46,457 nt of DNA from a virus (taxonomy: Duplodnaviria; Caudoviricetes): the IMG/VR virus record IMGVR_UViG_3300044453_000128, positions 1 through 46,457 of that record. One strand, 5' to 3'. Shown here one piece after another: positions 37,567 to 45,378 of the stretch (position 1 is its first letter; each line of letters begins with the position of its first letter). The position numbers and the translations under genes were made by a program. The notes under the pieces are model-generated. The model ran no database searches, had not been told where the DNA came from, and saw only the letters and a list, made by a program, of their open reading frames with translations.

Positions 37567-38396
37567 TACTGTAATAAATGGTATGCAACGGCTGCCTGAA
37601 GTGGCACCCATGCGTCTCCTAGTGATTCGATGCGCTTGCTCCGATCGGCCATCCCATCCACCACTCGCAAAAGTCCGGGCTCAATCGGATTCCAACTGTA
37701 TGCTTGGCAGTATCGCGCAGCGGCTTCGATCGCTTTGCCGCCTGCTTCCGATAACCCTCCGCGCTGTATGGCGATTTGTAATCCGTCGCGCAAAGCGTTG
37801 GCAGAAGCTGGCGTAATTTTCCCGACAGTCGCAGTATTTTCTTCCCTCGACTGGTCGAATAGGCAATGGTTCGGCAATCCGCTGCTAGCAAGGTCGGCAT
37901 ACAAGAACCATCTGTCTCTTCGGTGGGGGGCTTCAACATCAGACGCGGCAATGATTCCGTCTCTTGGTCGGTAGCCTCGATTGCGAAGGTCTGCCAATAC
38001 AACATCTCGCCCTTTGGTTTTGATTCTGGGGCTGTTTTCAAAGAAAATCCAGGATGGTCGAAAAGCGTCGATTGCCTGGATGCATCCTCTGTAAGTCGGG
38101 CCTGTCTCTCTTCCGCCAAGGCCCGCTCCTTCGCCTGCTGCGCTAATATCTTTACAAGAAAAACCTGCTGCGATTCCGTCCACTTTTTCATGGACTGCGG
38201 CATGCCACTCTGTACTGGCAATGTCTCCGCATACGACGGTAAGGTGTGGCCACCAGCCTGCCTTGGCTTCGCTTGCCACAGCACGACAACGCCACTCGTC
38301 GGCATCGAGGGCGAACACTGATTTCCATCCAAGGATTTCGCCGGTCCACAAGGAACCGCCTCGTCCTGAGCAAAGGTGCATGACATTCTGTTTCAC
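37566..38396 (-). CDS. C5-cytosine DNA methyltransferase, alpha polypeptide (cassette gene)
   Basis: Motif I HLCSGRGG, IV GFSCKDIS, VI FFENSP, VIII APHRRDRWF, X SLGDAWVP; probable GTG start 38396; stop abuts attC4. Confidence 0.85.
   Translation of the reverse strand: MKQNVMHLCSGRGGSLWTGEILGWKSVFALDADEWRCRAVASEAKAGWWPHLTVVCGDIASTEWHAAVHEKVDGIAAGFSCKDISAAGEGAGLGGRETGPTYRGCIQAIDAFRPSWIFFENSPRIKTKGRDVVLADLRNRGYRPRDGIIAASDVEAPHRRDRWFLYADLASSGLPNHCLFDQSREENTATVGKITPASANALRDGLQIAIQRGGLSEAGGKAIEAAARYCQAYSWNPIEPGLLRVVDGMADRSKRIESLGDAWVPLQAAVAYHLLQ
37619..37900 (-). CDS. Putative methyltransferase beta polypeptide in an overlapping frame
   Basis: Alternative frame encodes LLPTLCATDYK and RLSPDFCEWWMGWP (motif IX-like), which the main frame lacks; start uncertain (frame open to 38386). 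Confidence 0.65.
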   Translation of the reverse strand: MPTLLAADCRTIAYSTSRGKKILRLSGKLRQLLPTLCATDYKSPYSAEGYRKQAAKRSKPLRDTAKHTVGIRLSPDFCEWWMGWPIGASASNH

Positions 38397-38419
38397 TCCG
38401 TTTCCTTCGTTAAATCGTA

Positions 38420-38480
38420 ACCCAACAACGCCGTTCAACTGGGAGCGCCTAGCGGCGCCCCGTTACCGTTGAGGTTGGGT
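38420..38480 (+). other. attC site 5 (61 bp)
   Basis: ACCCAAC...GTTCAAC-TGGGAGCGCC-tagc-GGCGCCCC-GTTACC...GTTGGGT. Confidence 0.82.
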
Positions 38481-38517
38481 TACTTGGTTGCCCGGTCTGC
38501 GCATTTGGTGCAATACT

Positions 38518-38631
38518 CTAATCCATCTCAGATGGCTGAACTTTAATCGGCCTGCGCGTTTGAGTCTTGCGGCCGTCCAAAATAGCGCGGACCATTTCGG
38601 CGTTAAATAAAATCGGTTTCTCGTTTGGCAT
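38518..38631 (-). pseudogene. Truncated conserved phage protein (ASCH/PUA-like N-terminus)
   Basis: [30 protein letters not shown] matches a widespread phage N-terminal motif, but the frame stops after 37 aa next to attC5. Confidence 0.75.
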
Positions 38632-38634
38632 GGT

Positions 38635-38958
38635 TCAACCTGACTTTTCTCTAAGTGATAACGGCTCGCACGACTTACATATTTCCAGAATATGATCTAA
38701 CCATTCATGAAGCGTTTTCTTGCTACAAAACTCATGGTTGTGTGCGTGTTGCGCGATCTGTCTGACAAATTCTGACAGCGCTTCATTTCGCTTCATGATC
38801 TGTTTGCTCAACTCAATCGCCTCATCGCATTGCTGCTCACATTCGTAACCAATCTCAATGCTTTCCTTGATTACGTTGCGTTCTTCCTGGGTCAGCTGCT
38901 CCTTGTCGAGCAATGCGAGTATCGCCTTCTGCTCCCTTGATAATTCGTCTTGGCTCAT
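38635..38958 (-). CDS. Hypothetical protein
   Basis: GGAGG RBS; ATGA overlap with the upstream gene. Confidence 0.6.
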   Translation of the reverse strand: MSQDELSREQKAILALLDKEQLTQEERNVIKESIEIGYECEQQCDEAIELSKQIMKRNEALSEFVRQIAQHAHNHEFCSKKTLHEWLDHILEICKSCEPLSLREKSG

Positions 38959-39287
38959 GATGCGTCCTCCGTTAAAACAGGCTGCGACACCACGATTAAA
39001 ACAGGCCTCCAGATTAAGCCGTTCGGTGTTGGTCGAATTTTCGCTACAGCATAACTGCCATCAGGCGCCTCGATCTGCACGCTGAAGGTTTCGTCATTGT
39101 TGCTGCTCGATAAATCAAAGGCCTCTGGCTCTGGCAATCCCGGCACTTGCTCCTGCAAAGCGGCATATGCCTGCTTGATCGTCCCGGTGACGCTTGCGTA
39201 TCGCTGCACGGTCACTGTTCGGCCGTCTTTGGTTTTTGATAGTTTTGCTTCTTGAAAGCTAGTTGTTGGTTTCTTGGCGTTTACCAT
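38955..39287 (-). CDS. Hypothetical protein
   Basis: AGGAG RBS; operon context. Confidence 0.6.
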   Translation of the reverse strand: MVNAKKPTTSFQEAKLSKTKDGRTVTVQRYASVTGTIKQAYAALQEQVPGLPEPEAFDLSSSNNDETFSVQIEAPDGSYAVAKIRPTPNGLIWRPVLIVVSQPVLTEDAS

Positions 39288-39395
39288 TGGTTCTCCTAAA
39301 AGTGCCGGTCTTTCCCGGCTGTCAGTCGCTTCCGTTTAGTGGCCTAGTGCATTGTTCGCATGCGGGGTCAGTCCGACTGCTCGACCAAATCTGTG

Positions 39396-39878
39396 CTACG
39401 TGCCGAAATAAAGGTGATGCATAATCGCTTTCGCGCCCATGCGCAGGATCGTTTCTTGGTACTTTTTGTGGTTTGAGTACTCGGCTTCGGTTAGGTAGAC
39501 GCCGTGCATGATTTCGGGACGCTCAAAGCCAACTAAGCGGCCTTCATCAAAAAACGTCGTCGCGTCCACATGGGCCCAGCCCAATCCACGCGCCAAGGTT
39601 GAGATAACCTGCGCGACCTTCGTAAGCATTTCTAAGGTGAATCCGCTGTTACTCAGGTTTACGAGGCGCCACGTATGCGACCGTGCGTCAAAGGTGTAGG
39701 TAGTGCCTTCCGGCATTTCCTGGCGCTGCCACTCAAGGACCACTGCTAGGCGCTCGACCAACGGATACATGCCTACCGTGTTGATCCACTCAAGGTCTAG
39801 GGCGGCTTCGCCCAACCGCAGAGCGGAATCAATCAGCGCATCTTGCGATTTTTCAACCGCTTTGAATTCATCGCTCAT
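39396..39878 (-). CDS. Hypothetical protein
   Basis: ATGA overlap with the upstream gene. Confidence 0.6.
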   Translation of the reverse strand: MSDEFKAVEKSQDALIDSALRLGEAALDLEWINTVGMYPLVERLAVVLEWQRQEMPEGTTYTFDARSHTWRLVNLSNSGFTLEMLTKVAQVISTLARGLGWAHVDATTFFDEGRLVGFERPEIMHGVYLTEAEYSNHKKYQETILRMGAKAIMHHLYFGT

Positions 39879-40786
39879 TTTGCTGCCTTCCGCAAGGCGT
39901 TCATGGCGTCGTCCAACATGTTCAAAGCCATGCGGCCTACGGCGACATCGTTGATAACCGGGCGCACAATCGGCTCGATCTGTTCCAGCATCGCCTTGAT
40001 GCGATAGCGGTCAGGGCCTTCGGACAGGCGGCGTTTTTCTTCAGCCTCTTTTGCCAATCGCTGCTGCTCTGCCAGCTGGGCCCGGCGTGTTTCGGCCTGC
40101 TCGGCTGCCAGTTTCGCCTCGGCCTTACGGCGTTCTTCCTGTTCCGCTAACCGGGCCTTACGTTCCTCGTCGGCTTTGGCTGCCAGGCGGGCCCGTTCTT
40201 CGGCATCGCGCTTTGCTTGTTCCTCGGCTGCCTTTGCTTCGGCATCGCGCTTGGCTTGGTTTTCCTTTTCGGTCTGCTCATAAGTGGCTGCAAAGTTCTT
40301 CCATTGCTCTTCGGTCATTTCCGCCAGGAAGTCATCACTATAGGTCTGCGCATCATTGCTGATCGCAAGTAGGTAGCCCCGGCGATAATCAGCCTTTTCT
40401 TTGCGCTCTTCTGCAATTCGCCGTTCCTCGGCCTTTTCAACGTCTTCAAGTTTCGCCTCAAGGCTTTTCATTTCGGCTGCAAATTGATTAAAGATCGACT
40501 GCACAACGCGGCCAACGGCAAGTGATTCAGCCTTCAGGGCTTCGCGCACTTTGTTCAGCGCAGTGCGAGCATTCTTGATAACCAGGCGATGCTCCCGCGC
40601 TTCATCTGGTGTTGGCTCAAAAGCGAGTGCTTCCTGCGCGGCCGGCACCAGTTCTTGAATCTTAGCGATATGTGGGAGGTATTTCTCCGCGATCGCTTCA
40701 ATGGTCTTCGGGCTCAATAGGCCTTTGGGGTCGCAATCGGTGATGATTGCCTGCATCTGGGTTTGTGGTTCGGTTAATTCTGACAT
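39875..40786 (-). CDS. Coiled-coil phage early protein
   Basis: AAGGA RBS before ATG 40786; A/E/K/R-rich helical body. Confidence 0.65.
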   Translation of the reverse strand: MSELTEPQTQMQAIITDCDPKGLLSPKTIEAIAEKYLPHIAKIQELVPAAQEALAFEPTPDEAREHRLVIKNARTALNKVREALKAESLAVGRVVQSIFNQFAAEMKSLEAKLEDVEKAEERRIAEERKEKADYRRGYLLAISNDAQTYSDDFLAEMTEEQWKNFAATYEQTEKENQAKRDAEAKAAEEQAKRDAEERARLAAKADEERKARLAEQEERRKAEAKLAAEQAETRRAQLAEQQRLAKEAEEKRRLSEGPDRYRIKAMLEQIEPIVRPVINDVAVGRMALNMLDDAMNALRKAAK

Positions 40787-40814
40787 GGGGTTTCCTTGAT
40801 TTGTGGTTTTCTTG

Positions 40815-41435
40815 TTAGTTGCTAAAAAATGACGAGAATTTTTCACCGCCGTATTGATCCGTGGTCATCGCAATCATTTCTGCAATCGTCGCCTTTTTGT
40901 CGGTGGTGAATCCCTTGGACTCAACAAAGCCGCGAACGCCGGCTGCGCATGCGCCGGTAATAGACCGATAGCATTCAACGGCTTCTTCGAAGCTAAATTG
41001 ATGACTCAACTCAAGACCCTTATATCTTTCCGTTGAGCGATCTGATATTTTATAAATCAAATCCTTCTTGGCTTCATCAAGCGTATCACCGTGTGCCCAC
41101 TTAGATCCGTCCGTGACGGCATATTGAATTTTAGTTTTTCCGATATTCCGAGTTCTGTAGACGCCGCCTTTGTGATCGACGACCTCCGAGAATATCCCAT
41201 CGATAAGGATGTATTTACCGTTTTGCCAGCTCAGTGGATATTTCGGTTCATCAATGTGCTCTGGCTCCTCAATCTGCGTGCCGCGCAGGTCGAGATAGCC
41301 GCCAACCGTGAGACCGTCAGGCAATGCGGTGATCTGCGTGCCGCGCAGGTCGAGAGGGCCGCCAACCGTGAGACCGTCAGGGCCATCTGTGTATTCGATT
41401 TCGTATTTTTTTAGAAATTCAATTAAATTAGTCAT
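40815..41435 (-). CDS. Phage protein with short LRR-like repeats
   Basis: PDGLTVGGxLDLRGTQI x2; C-terminal AHGDTL.EA..DL..K...YR.ITGAC..G motif. Confidence 0.75.
   Translation of the reverse strand: MTNLIEFLKKYEIEYTDGPDGLTVGGPLDLRGTQITALPDGLTVGGYLDLRGTQIEEPEHIDEPKYPLSWQNGKYILIDGIFSEVVDHKGGVYRTRNIGKTKIQYAVTDGSKWAHGDTLDEAKKDLIYKISDRSTERYKGLELSHQFSFEEAVECYRSITGACAAGVRGFVESKGFTTDKKATIAEMIAMTTDQYGGEKFSSFFSN
41272..41381. repeat. 60-bp-period tandem repeat (about 1.8 copies)
   Basis: 41272-41321 and 41332-41381 differ at 2 nt. Confidence 0.9.
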
Positions 41436-41458
41436 GTTTATCTCCTTGATTTTTGTTT

Positions 41459-41923
41459 TTAGAAAGGTGGCATTTCGTCGTCGTAGTTATCACCGGCAGG
41501 GGGCTGCGGTGGCGATGCATCCCGCCCACGGCCACCAGATTGAGACGAATCTCCCGATTGTGGACCGTAACCGCCTGAAGAACCTTCCCGACCGCCGAGG
41601 AATTGCACCATATCTGCTGATACGCGTAGTTGGCTGCGTCTCTGGCCGGTGTTCTTGTCCGTCCACGAATCCAGCTTCAGGCGCCCTTCGCAAAGCGCCG
41701 ACCGGCCTTTGGTCAGGTATTGCCCGACAAGTTCTGCGGTGCGTCCCCAGGCCTCGACCTCAACGAAGGTTGTTTCCTCCTTCTGCTGGCCGTCTGGCCC
41801 GCGGTATTTGCGATTGATCGCAAGGCTGAATTTCGCCACTGCTCGCTCATTGGTCAGGAAGCGCACTTCTGGATCTCTCGTAAGATTTCCTGCGATGATT
41901 ACTTTGTTGTAGTTAACTGCCAT
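41459..41923 (-). CDS. ssb: Single-stranded DNA-binding protein
   Basis: NKVIIAGNLTRDPEVR, EGRLKLDSW and acidic tail DDEMPPF. Confidence 0.97.
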   Translation of the reverse strand: MAVNYNKVIIAGNLTRDPEVRFLTNERAVAKFSLAINRKYRGPDGQQKEETTFVEVEAWGRTAELVGQYLTKGRSALCEGRLKLDSWTDKNTGQRRSQLRVSADMVQFLGGREGSSGGYGPQSGDSSQSGGRGRDASPPQPPAGDNYDDEMPPF

Positions 41924-42455
41924 GATGGCTCTCCGTTTCTGGGCGTTTTAAGGCCCTGTTTTGTTGATTGATGTCCTGGGTAGGGTCAACCTTAGAAAGT
42001 ACGTCAGAAACGCTCCTTGGCCCCTTATTTCGGAATGAGTTCATATATTGTGAACGGTACTCGCGTTGCTTTTGCGCTTCTTTGCGTTTTCTGGCCGCAT
42101 CGATGCTGTCAGCCCAGTCTACGATGATGTTCCCGAAGGTCTCTTTGAAGCGCTTGATTCCTTCAGGATCTTGGACGATCATCCGGGCCTTGCGAGCCGT
42201 CCTGCCAATGCCGACCAGAGACGCTGCGAGAGGCAAGGCCTCAAGGGCGAACGCAACTTTGTTTGCCTGCTTGATTGATTCGCACTGAGCGGCTTCGTGA
42301 AGCGTGACCATTGCGTTGGCATCGGCTGCTTCGAGTTTCCAAAGGCGAAGAACGTTGTCCGCCCATCGTTGGTCGTACGGCCCGTACGGTGAGGGAGCGT
42401 TGGAGTCGTTAGAGACACCTTCGCTGCTGTCGTTATTTTTTCTTTGAATAGCCAC
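41913..42455 (-). CDS. Hypothetical protein in the helicase-loader position
   Basis: Directly downstream of the initiator gene; no recognisable motif. Confidence 0.5.
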   Translation of the reverse strand: MAIQRKNNDSSEGVSNDSNAPSPYGPYDQRWADNVLRLWKLEAADANAMVTLHEAAQCESIKQANKVAFALEALPLAASLVGIGRTARKARMIVQDPEGIKRFKETFGNIIVDWADSIDAARKRKEAQKQREYRSQYMNSFRNKGPRSVSDVLSKVDPTQDINQQNRALKRPETESHHGS

Positions 42456-42457
42456 AT

Positions 42458-43324
42458 TTAATCCTTGACGTCGTAGTTTTTATCAAGCCACTGAGTCGCT
42501 TGGCTCAGGTAAATCGGACCGTCTCCACGAGTTGGGTCTTTGAGCAATGAATCGTACATGTCGCAAAGCGCTCCCCATCCGTCCGAGGTGTTTCCCTCGT
42601 AGCGTCGAAACAAAGCCTCCCAGTGACGGTCCTCGTCCCGGCCAACGAAGATCCGTGGATGGGTCATCCTGAAGTCTGGCCAGTTTCTTTTTCGCTGATC
42701 AAAGTCCGGTGGTGTTTCGTTTTCACTGAAAGGATCAAAAGATCCTTGAGTGGGTGTGGGTGGGTGAACTTTTTCGCCCGTAGAGCGGGCACCCGCACGC
42801 TCTATATGATTCTGACTCTGATTCTGATTGGTTGCTGTTTCGTTGGAACGCAAAGGCAACGCCCGTTCAACACCCGTTGCTGTTTCGTTGGAACGCAAAG
42901 GCAACGCCCGTTCAACACCCGTTGCTGTTTCGTTGGAACGCAAAGGCAACGCCCGTTCAACACCCGTTGCTGTTTCGTTGGATTTTTTCTGTTTTTTGCG
43001 GTTACGCCGTGCTTCAGCCGATGCTTTGCCAGCTTTAATGGCACTTTGGTATTTCCTAGCAACATCGTCCAAATCACGATTGATCCGCTCATGTTGCCAG
43101 TGTGTTGGGGTTACGTTGAAGAAGCGTTGCAACTTGATTTCAACGGTTGTCCAACGGTCGTTGGCCAGTCGTGTAATCATTTGCAGGTCTTCCGTTGGAA
43201 GGGGTCCTCCATTCTTCCAATAGGCTAACATTAAGAGAAAGTAAGCCCCATGCTCTTCGGTGTTTAAGTGCATAGTGTCGGCCAGGTAATCGCCTGGATA
43301 GAATGGCATGTAAGCGATGCCCAT
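42458..43324 (-). CDS. Replication initiator (YdaU/DUF1376-like)
   Basis: YMPFYPGDYLADTMHL..EEHGAY.LL...YW signature; internal tandem repeats. Confidence 0.85.
   Translation of the reverse strand: MGIAYMPFYPGDYLADTMHLNTEEHGAYFLLMLAYWKNGGPLPTEDLQMITRLANDRWTTVEIKLQRFFNVTPTHWQHERINRDLDDVARKYQSAIKAGKASAEARRNRKKQKKSNETATGVERALPLRSNETATGVERALPLRSNETATGVERALPLRSNETATNQNQSQNHIERAGARSTGEKVHPPTPTQGSFDPFSENETPPDFDQRKRNWPDFRMTHPRIFVGRDEDRHWEALFRRYEGNTSDGWGALCDMYDSLLKDPTRGDGPIYLSQATQWLDKNYDVKD
42831..42982. repeat. 45-bp perfect tandem repeats x3.4, candidate iterons / origin
   Basis: GTTGCTGTTTCGTTGGAACGCAAAGGCAACGCCCGTTCAACACCC at 42831, 42876 and 42921, partial at 42966. Confidence 0.9.
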
Positions 43325-43816
43325 CTACCTGCCTCCCTTCGCGAAGTAAATCCGAATACGGCACAATGACGACTGGCCACGCTCTTGATCTGCGCGCAGA
43401 CATCCTTGCGGGAGGTACTTGGTGGTATCGTCCTCAAGTAACTTTCTCTTAACTAATGCGTCGATGATCGGCTTGCAGGCCATAACCATATTATCGACGT
43501 CATATTCGTTTGATGCCCCTGCATAAATTCTGGTGATCCACAAGGCCTTGGGTTCTGCTGTGAAATCAGGCGCAGGTAGAGCAATCGTTGAGTTGATGGC
43601 TGAACGCCACCGCCGGGCAAGGCTGCAATATTGACCCCAATGCATTCTTTTAATTTGATTGGCGCTTTTCCAGAACGGTGGTGGCACGCCAATGCTGGCG
43701 GTCATGACCGGCATGGCTGATTCGAAGTTAAAATTTATAGTTGCCATAGTTTCGCTCGCATTCCTGTGACCTGGCATTGGCCCGTGCCTGTTTTTCTGGC
43801 GTTTCTCGACAGCCAT
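43325..43816 (-). CDS. rusA: RusA-like Holliday junction resolvase
   Basis: DVDNMVMACKPIIDALVKRKLLEDD motif; true start may be 43747. Confidence 0.75.
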   Translation of the reverse strand: MAVEKRQKNRHGPMPGHRNASETMATINFNFESAMPVMTASIGVPPPFWKSANQIKRMHWGQYCSLARRWRSAINSTIALPAPDFTAEPKALWITRIYAGASNEYDVDNMVMACKPIIDALVKRKLLEDDTTKYLPQGCLRADQERGQSSLCRIRIYFAKGGR

Positions 43817-43968
43817 TCACTGATGAGCCCTTCATCTGGTGCCATCTCAACGAATTTTCGCGATCTGCTTTGTATCTCGCGCATAGTTAATGGTCTGTTC
43901 AGTGCTCCTTTTTTGATTTTCTTCATCAAAATATCGAGCATGTCTCTTATTGATTGGCTATCATCCAC
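43735..43968 (-). CDS. Hypothetical protein
   Basis: AAGGAG upstream of GTG 43968; fills the operon gap. Confidence 0.4.
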   Translation of the reverse strand: MDDSQSIRDMLDILMKKIKKGALNRPLTMREIQSRSRKFVEMAPDEGLISEWLSRNARKTGTGQCQVTGMRAKLWQL

Positions 43969-44239
43969 GATGGTCTCTCTCCTTCGCGACATATACCCGA
44001 GCCTTACGGCCACTGGTGGTCCTCCTGCGGGCACCACTGTCGATGATTAGCCCTTTCTCCTGAAGGTAATTACAGGCACTTGATGCGGTCTGGTGTCGCA
44101 TGTTTAGCTCAATCTCAACTTCTTCGCATGTGGACCCATAGAGCCCCTTAACGCTGATCGCCTGCAGGACTGACTGACGAATGGTGCCGATGATTGGCTG
44201 GATACTTTGAAGGGCTTCTGCACTTGTATCGTTACTCAT
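43961..44239 (-). CDS. Winged-helix DNA-binding protein
   Basis: GSTCEEVEIELNMRHQTASS...L..KGLIIDSG.RR.T.SGRKA.V pattern. Confidence 0.7.
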   Translation of the reverse strand: MSNDTSAEALQSIQPIIGTIRQSVLQAISVKGLYGSTCEEVEIELNMRHQTASSACNYLQEKGLIIDSGARRRTTSGRKARVYVAKERDHRG

Positions 44240-45378
44240 TGAGACCGACCTTTCCCGGCCTTAGTAAGGCTCATGGCCTTCGGCACCGATTTAAGAGCAT
44301 CACGGGGAACATCGACGCCAAGGCTGCCCAAGTCCTTGAATCCCTTGGTGGCTGCCATGCGAATAACTGCTGGCATGATCTCTGGACGCTCTTTAACTGC
44401 AGCCTCAAGCGCATTGACCAGCGCATCTTCGTCAGCAACGCTCGTCACAGAGCCATTGCCTTGCAACTTATACCCGGCCACTTCGTTGCCCGCTTCTGCG
44501 TGTGCTTTGGTGAGTTTCTTGGTGCCATTCGCAAACTTTTCAGCAACCTTGCCGGCAGTGGCTAATTCGCCCCACTCTTCCGGGCTTGATGGTGCGCCAA
44601 ACGCTTCTTGTAGCTGCATGTGTTTCTCCTGATATTCTTGGCGAACATGACAGAAAGGCGCTGCTCGACAGAAAAAGCAGGCGTCGCCGGGGATTAATTG
44701 AAGGTCTTCACTCAAAGCCGCGAACACACATGCCGCTAAATGAATGCGCATGCTTTTGAATTGGTCGCGGGTGTAGGTGATGTAAGCCAGGCGCTCGCTG
44801 ACTTCGTTGAATGGCTGAACGCATGCAACGGTGATCTTGTCGGCTTCGTAGTGATCGCTTGCCATGACGGCGTAACAATCGAATTGCTCATTAAAGCCAG
44901 GCGCATCCACTTCAACGCGGCCGAACTTCCAATCGAAAAGAAAGGCGTGCGTTTCTTCGGACACAAAAACAATCACTAAATCGGGCGTGCCGCCGCGCTC
45001 GATGCCTATTGCGGTACCTTCTAATTTTTCCTCGGTGAAGATCCAATGCTCGGCGCATCGTTTAATTTGCGGCGTCACCAATTCAAGCACATGCTCCAAG
45101 CAACAGCGGCAGCAATACGCATCATAACCGCTCGACAAATTATTAATTATTTCAAAGGCTGCATCAGGATCGGCGATAAAATCGACCTCCTTGCAAACCT
45201 TTTCCATGACCCCGTGCAATTCGGTGCCGCGTTCGGCCTCCGGGCTCTCTTCGTTGAGGGGGATCAGTTTTCGCAAGATTGCTTCGGCCGTCATCATTAA
45301 TGACCCAGGGCATCCGGTGACTTGTTTCATGGATGAGGGGCGCGTCAATTCGCGGACAAGTTCAGCGTGGGCAGTCAT
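44236..45378 (-). CDS. PD-(D/E)XK exonuclease (DUF2800 / Cas4-like)
   Basis: PSS...CPGS, GTELH, GTPD, DWKFG, Q...YA and C.FC.A...C motifs; adjacent to ERF. Confidence 0.85.
   Translation of the reverse strand: MTAHAELVRELTRPSSMKQVTGCPGSLMMTAEAILRKLIPLNEESPEAERGTELHGVMEKVCKEVDFIADPDAAFEIINNLSSGYDAYCCRCCLEHVLELVTPQIKRCAEHWIFTEEKLEGTAIGIERGGTPDLVIVFVSEETHAFLFDWKFGRVEVDAPGFNEQFDCYAVMASDHYEADKITVACVQPFNEVSERLAYITYTRDQFKSMRIHLAACVFAALSEDLQLIPGDACFFCRAAPFCHVRQEYQEKHMQLQEAFGAPSSPEEWGELATAGKVAEKFANGTKKLTKAHAEAGNEVAGYKLQGNGSVTSVADEDALVNALEAAVKERPEIMPAVIRMAATKGFKDLGSLGVDVPRDALKSVPKAMSLTKAGKGRSQ

Noticed and set aside
37483-37611. N-terminal extensions of ORFs 37183..37611 and 37566..38438
   Set aside because: The extensions read through attC sites; RBS-backed starts at 37482 and 38396 fit the cassette boundaries.
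42831-42982. CRISPR array
   Set aside because: Units are head-to-tail with no spacers and lie in frame inside a gene; the Cas4-like nuclease is explained by the ERF recombination module.
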